A DNA stretch of 64,000 nucleotides. Source: an uncultured bacterium (GTDB taxonomy: Bacteria > Actinomycetota > Coriobacteriia > Coriobacteriales > Coriobacteriaceae). The translations under genes were made by a program, and so were the position numbers. The stretch is from NCBI GenBank assembly GCA_905216145.1, contig CAJMST010000009.1:11928-75927 (forward strand), given 5' to 3'. This document shows positions 11,151 through 20,200 of the stretch, piece after piece; position 1 is the first letter of the stretch, and each line of letters opens with the position of its first letter. A model generated the notes under the pieces. The model was not told the origin of the DNA and made no database searches. It was given only the letters and a program-made list of their open reading frames with translations.

Positions 11151-11610
11151 ATTGTCACCTCCTCTGGGCAAATGTGGCTTCAGGTCGTGAAGGTGCGCCT
11201 GAAGCAGGAAAAGACTTGGTAATAATATCTTTCAACCTCCCAGGCCGCAAGAATATGCAGCTACAACCTCATGACCTCCACATATGCCCATACTCGCACC
11301 ACGTTTCATGCGCATTCCAACCAAATGCCGACCAAGAGCTTGACGGATTTGTGGACAAGATACGGTGCCGCGGGGACAAGCTGAGCCAAGCCGCAGGTCA
11401 ACGGGCACAAGGCTGTGGTCGCAAAATGCATACCAGTGGTCCACAGCACCACCCAAAGATTTTTAAATTCATTGCCAAGTCGCTTATGAATACCCCTTTT
11501 GAACAATTGAGTTGATCAACCACGCTGGTCGGAAGCCGTTTTTTGGCACCTCAAACCCCACTGCAACGCCAAACGTGGCAAAGCGTTTTAAAAAATGCCA
11601 ACTTTTCTGT

Positions 11611-11638
11611 TTGCACTTTGCGATTCCTCGTGTATACT
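11611..11638 (+). promoter_or_regulatory. Candidate sigma-70-type promoter for the tRNA-Ser genes
   Basis: TTGCAC (11611..11616), 16-nt spacer, TATACT (11633..11638). The tRNA 5' end is at 11655. Confidence 0.55.
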
Positions 11639-11654
11639 GACTTTCGCATTTAAC

Positions 11655-11745
11655 GGAGAGTTGTCCGAGTGGCCGAAGGAGCACGATTGGAAATCGTGTA
11701 GGCGTCAAAAGCGTCTCCAGGGTTCAAATCCCTGACTCTCCGCCA
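11655..11745 (+). tRNA. tRNA-Ser (anticodon GGA)
   Basis: Hand-folded: acceptor GGAGAGT/ACTCTCC, anticodon stem CACGA/TCGTG with loop TTGGAAA, long variable arm, T-arm AGGGTTCAAATCCCT, encoded CCA. Confidence 0.9.
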
Positions 11746-11754
11746 GTTAATTCC

Positions 11755-11784
11755 AAAGCAGGCCTTCGAGCCTGCTTTGTTTTT
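11755..11784 (+). terminator. Intrinsic terminator between the two tRNA-Ser genes
   Basis: AAAGCAGGC-CTTCGA-GCCTGCTTT followed by GTTTTT. Confidence 0.7.
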
Positions 11785-11793
11785 ACCCCACGC

Positions 11794-11884
11794 GGAGGGG
11801 TGGCAGAGTGGTTGAATGCGGCGGTCTCGAAAACCGTTTGGCCTGTATAAGGTCACGAGGGTTCGAATCCCTCCTCCTCCGCCA
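11794..11884 (+). tRNA. tRNA-Ser (anticodon CGA)
   Basis: Hand-folded: acceptor GGAGGGG/CTCCTCC (one G-U pair), anticodon loop CTCGAAA, long variable arm, T-arm GAGGGTTCGAATCCCTC, encoded CCA. Confidence 0.9.
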
Positions 11885-11895
11885 TTTTGGTTGAG

Positions 11896-11922
11896 AAAGC
11901 TCCCAAGAATGGGAGCTTTTTT
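11896..11922 (+). terminator. Intrinsic terminator after tRNA-Ser(CGA)
   Basis: AAAGCTCCC-AAGAAT-GGGAGCTTT followed by TTT. Confidence 0.75.
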
Positions 11923-11956
11923 GTTATCGAAATACATCTCGATCCCGCGCTTCCCC

Positions 11957-12034
11957 AAACATGTACGTCAGCCTCCAAAAACGACATTTTTCGACATCTT
12001 TGGAGGCTGACGTACACGTTTGGATTGAGCTCAC
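11957..12034. repeat. Left ~78-bp terminal inverted repeat of a 1.27-kb cassette; internally palindromic
   Basis: Its reverse complement matches 13145..13221 with 3 mismatches by hand alignment. It contains its own 21-bp-stem hairpin (ACATGTACGTCAGCCTCCAAA ... TTTGGAGGCTGACGTACACGT). Confidence 0.85.
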
Positions 12035-12044
12035 GGGAGCAGCA

Positions 12045-13052
12045 CTATTCGGAAGGTGCCTCCTCGTCTCGCATGCTTTTCCAGTTGCGGATAAGTGCCT
12101 TGCGTAGTTCGTTTTGTTTTCTCTGGTACCCGGTGTCGGTACAGCGAGGCATGCCGAGTGCTTCGCGAATGTTGTTCATGGCGCGGTGAAAGGCGAGCTG
12201 GCTGCCGAACTGAGCCGAAGTGAGCGTAACGATTCGATATCCCATTTGGGAGAGAACGGCCTCTCGCTCCGCATCTGCTCCCTTGCGCTCGAGCTCATCG
12301 TGAAAACCGCCCTTATATTCGATACCGAGCTCCCTGCGCTTATAGGTCACGAGCGCATCGATTTTGAGTGTTCGAGCTTTGGCGCAATGCCAGAGACGTT
12401 GAGGGATCTCGAGCGGTTTGTTGAGTTCGATACCTCGGATGCCAACGCCGCCTTCGCTTGTTGGGAGCGAGAGGGCGATTGCCGAAGCGGTCTCCATAGG
12501 CGAGGCCGAGTGATCGTAGATGTGCCTGAGCGCGAGCCGTGCACGTGTGGCACCGGGTTTGCCGGGGTGCCGATCGAGCAGTTCGGTTATTTCATCCTTG
12601 GAGGTGGTGGCTGGTTGCTCGGTATAAGGGTCGGCGGGATTGAGCCTCATGCGATAATCGCCGCAAACTTCATAGCCATATTCGAGATATTCGATCCTAT
12701 CCATCCACTCGGCAGCGAGCGCGAAGGTGAAGGCTTCGTCGGTGATGAAGATTCCGGGCGTCAACTCGTTAATATGCTCGTAGGGAAGATTTTGTCCAAG
12801 AATGTGGCAAACGACGCCTTTGGTACGAATTCGCTCAAATTCGAATACAACCGCGATATCGATAGTCTTAAGCATATCGGACGGAATGCCGCAGTCGGTA
12901 AGGGCCTGTCGTATGCGCGCAACACGTTGCTGGGTGGAGATGCCTTGTGCGCCTATCTGGTAGTCGTGCCGCGCAAGAGACTGAACCAAATTCTGGGGTG
13001 CATGATGGACAAGCCATGCGGTTTTATGCGAAATGAGAACAGGGGTATCCAT
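12045..13052 (-). CDS. PD-(D/E)xK nuclease-fold protein (DUF559 / Vsr-like C-terminal domain) with an uncharacterised N-terminal domain
   Basis: 335-aa ORF. The C-terminus, KIDALVTYKRRELGIEYKGGFHDELERKGADAEREAVLSQMGYRIVTLTSAQF, follows the DUF559 pattern (D...ExK, then D..R...L...G+..+.+T) as I recall it. Lower GC than its surroundings (one 60-nt hand count: 26/60). Confidence 0.65.
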   Translation of the reverse strand: MDTPVLISHKTAWLVHHAPQNLVQSLARHDYQIGAQGISTQQRVARIRQALTDCGIPSDMLKTIDIAVVFEFERIRTKGVVCHILGQNLPYEHINELTPGIFITDEAFTFALAAEWMDRIEYLEYGYEVCGDYRMRLNPADPYTEQPATTSKDEITELLDRHPGKPGATRARLALRHIYDHSASPMETASAIALSLPTSEGGVGIRGIELNKPLEIPQRLWHCAKARTLKIDALVTYKRRELGIEYKGGFHDELERKGADAEREAVLSQMGYRIVTLTSAQFGSQLAFHRAMNNIREALGMPRCTDTGYQRKQNELRKALIRNWKSMRDEEAPSE

Positions 13053-13144
13053 TGAGGGCCTCTCGCTCTGAGCCGGTATCCAACTCTTATGTCCGTTGAA
13101 GTGGGGAAATATACCGGATGTGAGTAAATCAACTCACTCATGCT

Positions 13145-13221
13145 GTGAGCTCAATCCAAACATGTACGTCAGCCTCCAAAGATGTCGGAAAATGTCGTTT
13201 TTGGAGGGTGACGTACATGTT
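13145..13221. repeat. Right terminal inverted repeat of the cassette
   Basis: GTGAGCTCAATCCAAACATGTACGTCAGCCTCCAAAGATGTCGGAAAATGTCGTTTTTGGAGGGTGACGTACATGTT is the reverse complement of 11957..12034 with 3 mismatches. Confidence 0.85.
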
Positions 13222-13356
13222 CTGGACCCCTGGCATTCTGGCAATGCCACGCCCGCACCCGGTCCCGACCGTTTACCGAGCAATAGGGTCGCCACGCCCG
13301 CCAACCATGTACTATGTACGGGCATTGTCTAAACCCACAACCCAAAGGACCCCATC

Positions 13357-14046
13357 TTGCCCGTCGTCGCCGCTATAACCGTTACCTCACACGCCTCGGA
13401 TGCCATGGTCGCTATTCCGTTTTGGCTCGAGATGTTCGCTGTTGTCGCTGCATCGATCTCGGGTGTGCTGGTTGCGCGCGAGCACAAGCTCGACCTGGTG
13501 GGCGCGGTCGCGCTCGCGGTGGTCTGCGGTCTGGGCGGCGGTCTTTTGCGCGATATGACGCTCCAGGTCGGCAACGTCTACATCCTCAACCAGCCGATGG
13601 CGCTTCCGCTTTCCATTGCCACGGCAGCCATCATCTATATTTTCCCGGCAATCGTCGACAAGCCCGAAAAACTCATTCCCCTGCTCGACATCATCTCGGT
13701 GGGTATTTATGCGGCAACCGGAGCGGACAAGGCGCTGGTCTACGGCTTTGCGCCGGCGGTGTGCATCATGATGGGCTTTTTTACCGCGGTGGGCGGCGGC
13801 ATGCTGCGAGATGGTTTTATGGGTGTGGTGCCGGGTATTTTCCAGCGCACCAACTTCTATGCCATCGCGGCTATCGCCGGATCGGCAAGCTATGTTTGCC
13901 TTGTCATGAGCGGCTTGGTCAGCAATGTCGTCGCACTGGTCGTTTGCGTCGTGGTGACCATGGGGCTGCGCTGGCTATCGCTACGCTTTGATATCAAAAG
14001 CCCCACCGAGGACGACATCGCACGCTTTTTGCACCGCAAAAAGTAG
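13357..14046 (+). CDS. Trimeric intracellular cation channel (TRIC)/UPF0126-family membrane protein
   Basis: Two internal repeats, each ending in the family glycine motif (GLGGGLLRDM and AVGGGMLRDG). About 7 TM segments, 229 aa. Confidence 0.8.
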   Translation: MPVVAAITVTSHASDAMVAIPFWLEMFAVVAASISGVLVAREHKLDLVGAVALAVVCGLGGGLLRDMTLQVGNVYILNQPMALPLSIATAAIIYIFPAIVDKPEKLIPLLDIISVGIYAATGADKALVYGFAPAVCIMMGFFTAVGGGMLRDGFMGVVPGIFQRTNFYAIAAIAGSASYVCLVMSGLVSNVVALVVCVVVTMGLRWLSLRFDIKSPTEDDIARFLHRKK

Positions 14047-14153
14047 GTGGCGCGGCACGACCCTTCGAAATGCAACCGAGAGGCTCTTTTAGAGCGCCCG
14101 CGCGTTGGGTACCCTGTTAGGTATATGCCAAACACCTAACAAAAGGATCAACC

Positions 14154-15299
14154 ATGGCTTTCAATCAAACCGCGGCGGCGCCGTCACACAAGATGCGTCG
14201 CTGCCTGCTTATGGCATTCGCGCTCATCGCGCTCGCGCTCACCGCTCTTCCCACGGCGTCATTTGCCGGCACGGACACGGCGGGCAACGTACTTGCAACC
14301 GACAACGACTCTAATCCGTCCGGCGTCGAGGGCGACCTGTACTGGGCCGGTCAGGCCCTCAACTTGGACGACGCCTCCATCGACCGCGACATAATTGCGG
14401 CAGGCGAGAGCCTCTCCATCCGCGACTGCACGGTGGGCGGCGCCGTCCGTCTGGCGGCACGCACCATCGACATTGCCAAGACCACGGTTGATGGCAGCGT
14501 GACCGTTGCTGGCCAGCATATCGTTCTCAATTCCGACAGCACCGCTAACTGTTTCTACGCGATAGGCGAGACGGTTGCCTTGCGAGGCTCCACCAAGTCG
14601 GCAGCGCTCGCGGGCGATACGGTGACCATCGATGGCACCGTCGATGGCGATGTCGAGGTTTGGGCCGACAAACTCATCCTAGGCAAGAACGCCCACATCA
14701 CCGGCACCGTGAACGCGCACGTCTCCGAGGACCCCGAGCGTGCCGCGGGAGCCGAGGTCGGCGCGCTCAAGATCGACCGCACCGAGAACGAGGATACTTC
14801 CACCGTTAACGATGTCATCGGCGGCATCGCCGCCGCGGCACTCTCGACCTGCTTTGTCGCTCTGCTGCTCGAGCTCGTCTTTCCGCGCGCGACCGCCGGC
14901 GCCGCCGGCATGCTCCACCAGCGCCCCATGCCCCTGTGGGTGAGCGGTCTTCTGGGCACGATTGCTATCGCCCCCGCCGTCCTACTGCTGATTATCTCTA
15001 TCGCTGGTCTGTCGCTTGCTGGAACCCTCTTGTGCGGCGTTATCGGCATCGCATTGGTGTCGAGTGCCTTTTCGGGGTGCGCGCTCGCCCGCATGGTCGG
15101 ACACATCCAGAACCGCTACGCCATGGCAGCCGTGGGCGGCATAATCGCAGGCGCCCTCACGGGGCTTCCCCTCGTAGGTGACTTCATCAGCGGCGTGGCC
15201 TTTGTCTTTATGCTCGGCTACGTTATCCAGATCATCTGGCGAAACGCCCGCCTCAAGCCGCAGCAGCCGGCTAACACGCCAGGACTCCCCACCGCTTAG
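14154..15299 (+). CDS. Membrane protein with signal peptide, bactofilin-like beta-helical repeat ectodomain and C-terminal multi-TM domain
   Basis: Signal peptide LLMAFALIALALTALPTASFA. Repeated G.V..+A..+.+ pattern (TVGGAVRLAARTIDIAKTTVDGSVTVAGQHIVL..., TIDGTVDGDVEVWADKLILGKNAHITGTV). At least 4 C-terminal TM helices. AAAGGA RBS 7 nt upstream. Confidence 0.6.
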   Translation: MAFNQTAAAPSHKMRRCLLMAFALIALALTALPTASFAGTDTAGNVLATDNDSNPSGVEGDLYWAGQALNLDDASIDRDIIAAGESLSIRDCTVGGAVRLAARTIDIAKTTVDGSVTVAGQHIVLNSDSTANCFYAIGETVALRGSTKSAALAGDTVTIDGTVDGDVEVWADKLILGKNAHITGTVNAHVSEDPERAAGAEVGALKIDRTENEDTSTVNDVIGGIAAAALSTCFVALLLELVFPRATAGAAGMLHQRPMPLWVSGLLGTIAIAPAVLLLIISIAGLSLAGTLLCGVIGIALVSSAFSGCALARMVGHIQNRYAMAAVGGIIAGALTGLPLVGDFISGVAFVFMLGYVIQIIWRNARLKPQQPANTPGLPTA

Positions 15300-15335
15300 C
15301 CACCAACCGCCACAAAGGGGACAGGCACCTTTGTG

Positions 15336-15368
15336 TTGGTGCAAAGGGGTCAGGTTACTTTGCACCAA
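15336..15368. repeat. 33-bp palindromic element, left flank of the adhesin locus
   Basis: TTGGTGCAAAGGGGTCAGGTTACTTTGCACCAA. An inverted, ~90% identical copy lies at 21230..21262. Confidence 0.8.
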
Positions 15369-15376
15369 CAAACGAG

Positions 15377-15415
15377 GCGGGGCACTCGGTCATATCGACC
15401 GGGTGCCCCGCTTTT
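15377..15415 (+). terminator. Intrinsic terminator after the 14154..15299 gene
   Basis: GCGGGGCAC...GTGCCCCGC stem followed by TTTT. Confidence 0.75.
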
Positions 15416-15519
15416 CATGGAGGGTTCTCTGGTAACTTTTTCAAAACCAATGATCATCAGGTCGGTAGGACTGCGCGTCACTCGCTGCGGCGGCAGCACG
15501 CCATTGAGCAAGGGGGCAA

Positions 15520-17220
15520 TTATTTTTCACGACGACTGCCTCCCCGCTTGATGACGAGCGCGACAACAATAGCCGCCACTCCAATGGCAGCCAAAACCGC
15601 CACCAGTACCAACGTTCTATCTCCCGTCGAGGGCATAAAGCCTCGACTTGCTTCTTTGCTTGGGGTGTTGAGCACCGACAGCTCGATCGAACCCGTCCCG
15701 GCATCGGCGGTATCAACCCGCAGAGGGCTTTCGGCCGACACGGTCACCTTGGGCTTCGCGGCTGTTACCTGCTTAACGTCCAGACCCTCGGACGCAACCG
15801 TTGCCGTTCGTTTGCCCTCAAAGGCGGTGTATCCCTTGGGAGCCGCGACCTCTTCGACGGTGTAGAGACCCGCGTCCACACCGCTCAATTCCACATGGCC
15901 ATCCGCGCCTGTGGTGATGCACGCGTCGGCATCCGTCGACCACGAGCCGTCAGTCGTTAGAATGCGCCCACGGTCATCGATGATGCGCAGCTTGGCGCCC
16001 GCGAGCGGCTTATCGTCTGCGCTTGAGCGCTTGATAAGGCTGAGTCCCCAGGTGTAGGCCGTCGCATCATCGCTCGGCGTGCGGGTGAAGCCGGCGTCGC
16101 CGGACTGGTCGGCAAAGGGAGAGCGCGGGTAGCGCAGGTAGACCTCGTTGGGGTTGCCCTTGGTAACGCCCCGATTGCAGTTGACCCCCAACGGCGCGTT
16201 GTAGACAGCAACCACACGGGCACCCTCGGCGAAGGCGTCGGCCCCGCCGAGCGCGGCGATCAGGTCGCCGGTGCGCACGGTGAAGGTGCTCCCCTCGACA
16301 GAGACCTTGCACTGTGAAGTTATGTCTGTCCACCCTTTAGCCGGCGTCGAGCTGACGTTGCCGTCCTCACATGCGACCGCACCGAAGCCGCCCTCGGCGC
16401 CCGCCGCCACGTACACATGCATGCTCGCGGCGACCTTGGAGGGATCGATCCCCGCGCTCATGGTGTCGACGAACCGCACCGTATAGGTGTCGTAGGCCGT
16501 GGGGCCCGCCGGGACCGTGGCAGAGAGGCGCCAGTACAGGTCGTCGGCGACCGTGGCGTCGGCGGCCTTCTGCCATGCGGCGGTGCCGTCCTCCAGCACG
16601 TGCTTGGCAACCTTGGGGGTCGCCGCCTTGGGCTTGACGGTGACGGCGCTGCCGCCGACCAGGGCCATGATCGGCGCGGTGCCGGCCTCGCCCTGGGCGA
16701 TGGCGTCGTCGTCGGCGACGATGAGCCAGCAGCCACAGGGCAGCTCGGCCGCCGTGCCCGCGTTAAGGGCCACGGAAGTTGCGCCGGCATTGCAAATCGC
16801 ACGAGCAAGCTTTGCCGTCAGCGCGGTCGTTATGTGTCCGTCGGCATCCATCCACTCGGCAGCCTCTTGTGCCCCCGATGCCGAGCTATCGAGCCCCGCA
16901 TCATGAAGCACGGGGAGAACAGCTTGACGAATGACGTCATTCGCCCACGTTACGTCAGTTGCGACTTTTTGGTCGGCATCAGCATCGTCGGCAACGATCG
17001 CCGAAAAGAGCTGATACGCGTCATACCGCGTCGCAACTTTACCGTCCACCGTAATAGCTCCGGTACCGACAGCATGAGCCGTCCCGGGCAACACCACAAA
17101 AGAGAGGATAGCAACCGTGACTATCGTCGCGACAGCCAGCAAGCGGCGGCAAAACCTACTCACGACGGCCACCTCGATCCAGATCGCGATGACGACGAGC
17201 ATGCATCCATGTCGCAGCAA
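15520..17220 (-). CDS. Sortase-anchored pilin-like surface protein (SpaA/CnaB-type folds)
   Basis: C-terminal sorting signal FMPSTGD + hydrophobic helix + KRGGSRREK. E-box-like LYTVEEVAAPKGYT in a CnaB-like domain; candidate pilin lysine context AVTVKPK. The true start is probably the in-frame GTG at 17163 (MSRFCRRLLAVATIVTVAILSFVVLPGTAHA is a clean signal peptide). That start overlaps the upstream stop as GTGAGTAG. Confidence 0.75.
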   Translation of the reverse strand: MLRHGCMLVVIAIWIEVAVVSRFCRRLLAVATIVTVAILSFVVLPGTAHAVGTGAITVDGKVATRYDAYQLFSAIVADDADADQKVATDVTWANDVIRQAVLPVLHDAGLDSSASGAQEAAEWMDADGHITTALTAKLARAICNAGATSVALNAGTAAELPCGCWLIVADDDAIAQGEAGTAPIMALVGGSAVTVKPKAATPKVAKHVLEDGTAAWQKAADATVADDLYWRLSATVPAGPTAYDTYTVRFVDTMSAGIDPSKVAASMHVYVAAGAEGGFGAVACEDGNVSSTPAKGWTDITSQCKVSVEGSTFTVRTGDLIAALGGADAFAEGARVVAVYNAPLGVNCNRGVTKGNPNEVYLRYPRSPFADQSGDAGFTRTPSDDATAYTWGLSLIKRSSADDKPLAGAKLRIIDDRGRILTTDGSWSTDADACITTGADGHVELSGVDAGLYTVEEVAAPKGYTAFEGKRTATVASEGLDVKQVTAAKPKVTVSAESPLRVDTADAGTGSIELSVLNTPSKEASRGFMPSTGDRTLVLVAVLAAIGVAAIVVALVIKRGGSRREK

Positions 17221-20200
17221 AACACAGCATCGAAGCGCCGGCCAGATACGTCATAGTCAAGCCAGCCCCGCCCGCCTCAGGAAGCGTGGTCGAATACTTA
17301 TTGGTAAAGGTCGGTGGGGTTGTAGAGCCGTTGTCATAGGTGACCTCGGTGTTTAGCTTTCCTTCTCCATTAGTCACGACAACCTTAACCTCATGTTTGG
17401 TCGTGTCATAGGCGATGTGGTCCTTGACATTGTTCTCGGCGCCCTCGGGGACGACCTCAGAGATGGTGTAAGTGTAGGTATCGGCCTTGTTGTAGTCGAC
17501 GTTGAAGGAAACGTTTCCCATGGCATCGTTGGTCACCGTTTGGAGCACCCTGTCGTCGCCATCCTTAAGCACAAATGAGAACTGACCTTCCTTGAACGTT
17601 CCACCTTCGAGCACCTTCTTTGCGTTAATGACCACCTTGCCCGTCATGCGGTTGTCGTAGACCCAGATCTCGTCCTTTTTTGTATCGTCGATGATCTCCG
17701 CACCATCGACGATGTCCTTTGCCTTAGTTAGCGCAGCCTGATAATCCGCGTCGCTCGCGCCGCCCTTGAGCATGATCCACGTGGGATCGGCCTTGGCATA
17801 GCCAACAGGCGCCTTGGTCTCCACGAGCTGGTAGAGCACGCAATTACTCATCTTCTTGTCGCTTGTGCCGAACGAGATTTTGCCGTTGGCGTCGGTGGGG
17901 ACGTCGATCGCGGCCTCGTCAAACGGCGTTCTGGCGTTCTCTACATTTCCGTCATCCGCAACCTGGCCCATATCCACGCTGTAGAGCGTGAACTCCGCAC
18001 CCTTGAGCGTCGCACCGACCTGCTGGGCATCGTACTTGGTCATCGTGATGCCGTAACCATTGCCACCCGCACTGGCGGAAGCGTTCTGGATGGTCCATAT
18101 TTGCTCGTCGATCGCCGTGCCTTCCGTCACACCCGTAAGCTCGGCGGTATTGGAAAGAGACACCTTATCATTGGGGTTTCCAGTCGGTATAACCTCGTAC
18201 TCGACCTTGAGGTATTTCTTGTCGGGCACATTAAGAGTCAACTTCGCACGCGAGCCAGATTCATCCTTGACTTGCTCCATCTTCGACGGATAGTCCTCAT
18301 CAGCCAGCGGTGACCAGGCACCATTCACCCACTCATAGACCTTAAGCGTAGACGGGACCAGCGTGCACTTGGCATCCATGGTGTCGACCAGCTCGAGGAC
18401 ATCAGTGCCACTCTTAAGATCGACAGCTGACTCGTTGACCAGAATGGTGTACTTGATGCGATTGCTATTACTAATCTGTTCACCAGTCTTTTTGATTACG
18501 TTGTTCTTGACGGTGCCGCTACCGGATTCGAACTTCTTGCCTCCCGACTCGGCGCTGGCCGAGTTGGTGAACTTCACCTCGTTTGTGGAGGTATCGAGCT
18601 CACCACGCTTGACCGCCGTCTGATACGTAAGCTTGGCGTAACCGGCGTAGTCGCCGAGATCCGTCGTGGGAATGGAGAAGGTGACCGTGTTGCCACTGCT
18701 GCTAACGTTGCCGGCGGCAAGCGCCTGACCCGTAACGACCTCCTTGGCCTCGCCTCCGCGCCCAAGCCCCGTATGTTGCTCATAGGGGTTCTGCACGAGC
18801 GTGTACTTTGCGGAGCCTGAAACAAAGCTCATGCCATCTGGGAGGGTATCGGCTATGCTCAGCAGTGCGCCGCCCAGCTTTCCGGCTCCATAATATTCAA
18901 ACTCGCCATTTGCGCCCTCCTTGCCCTTCTGGCGGTTCGCGTACACCGTCCAGTCGACGATCCAGGCGCCCTTCTCATCCGAGCCGTCAACGGTATGCCA
19001 ATCGAAGTTCTCAACCCAAGACACCTTCGACTCCGCTTCCGGCTTCTCGATCGCAGGCGTCGTTTCTTGGTTGACAACGTACTTGACAGGTTCGGTGAAC
19101 GGCCACTGTAATTTCAGGCCCGGCGCGCTGACCGACGCAAAGTTTGAGTACCAGCCCGACAGCGCTTCTGATGTGGTGTCGTAGGTGATAACGGCGTAGT
19201 CCTCTTTCTCGAGGGCGGCTTTCACTTTGTCGTTAATAGAGATACTGAGGTCGTAGTTTTCCTTTGTTTCATTACCCGGAAAGCTAGCCGTTGGATTCCA
19301 GTCGGTGCCCCGTTCCAGCACGGTATCGCCGATTTTAATGGTAATGGAGTTTTCGTCGACACCAAGTTTCTGCGACCATGCCGACTGAAACGTGTCCTTC
19401 ACCGTCACCTCGCCTGGATGGACCGCATTGACGATCGCCTTCAGCGCGACGCGCGTCTCCCACGTCGCCCTGCCCGTCGTCGCCGCCTCATCGGATCTCA
19501 CGAGCCTCTTGGTGATCGGCACAACACCCGTCAGCTGCGGCGTAAAACTGCCAGCATCGGTGCCAGATACGGAGCCTTCACGCTCGATGGTCGCACTGTT
19601 GCGCACGGTGTCGTACGAGCTCGTGTCGTTCATCTTTGTGTGATAAACGATGCAGTAGGTGGCGTACTTATCCTCAAGGTTATCCCGGAACTTATAGGAA
19701 AAGGAATTTTCCTTTGGGTCAAGGTTGCCTTTCCCAATCTCGACTCCGCTCGCCTCCGACTCGCCTTTGTAAACCGTAAAGTAGTTGCCCGTATACGTCT
19801 GTTTTCCGTCCAGATAATCGGTGAACACGTAGCCGCTCATGTCGACTTTGAGCTTGCCTTGGTTGAGTCTGACCGTCCACTTGATGTCCGACGGCGTGCC
19901 CGATCCGTTGGACTTGTCAATTATGTCGTAGCCGAATGTAACAGGCTCAGCCGTAGCTGTTTTGTTGTCGCCGTCGGTTGAGCCAGCCCAATTCCACGTT
20001 GCCGTATTGTCAGCTTTGATCAAATCGCCGTTGTTTGCCGAAACGCCGCTCTTCAGCACCGTTTCGTACGTGATCGTGTGATCGCCCCGGGAAAGATTGC
20101 CCAGGCTGTCGAGGGTCACGGTCTGGCCGTCGATCTTCGGCTGTGGATTGAGCTTCTCTCCGTCGAGCATAAAGCTGTCGTTCACAAATTCAAAGTTCTC

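Noticed and set aside
9450-11222. 590-aa plus-strand ORF
   Set aside because: It runs antisense across four separate ribosomal/ssb genes and their intergenic gaps, so it cannot be a real gene.
11174-11515. 113-aa ORF (and overlapping minus-strand ORFs) in the rpsF/tRNA-Ser spacer
   Set aside because: No RBS, His/Cys/Gln-rich odd composition, no motif. Treated as non-coding (see finding).
12114-13055. 313-aa plus-strand ORF inside the TIR-bounded cassette
   Set aside because: It is the mirror frame of the 335-aa minus-strand ORF. Only the minus-strand product shows a recognisable nuclease-like C-terminus and sensible composition.
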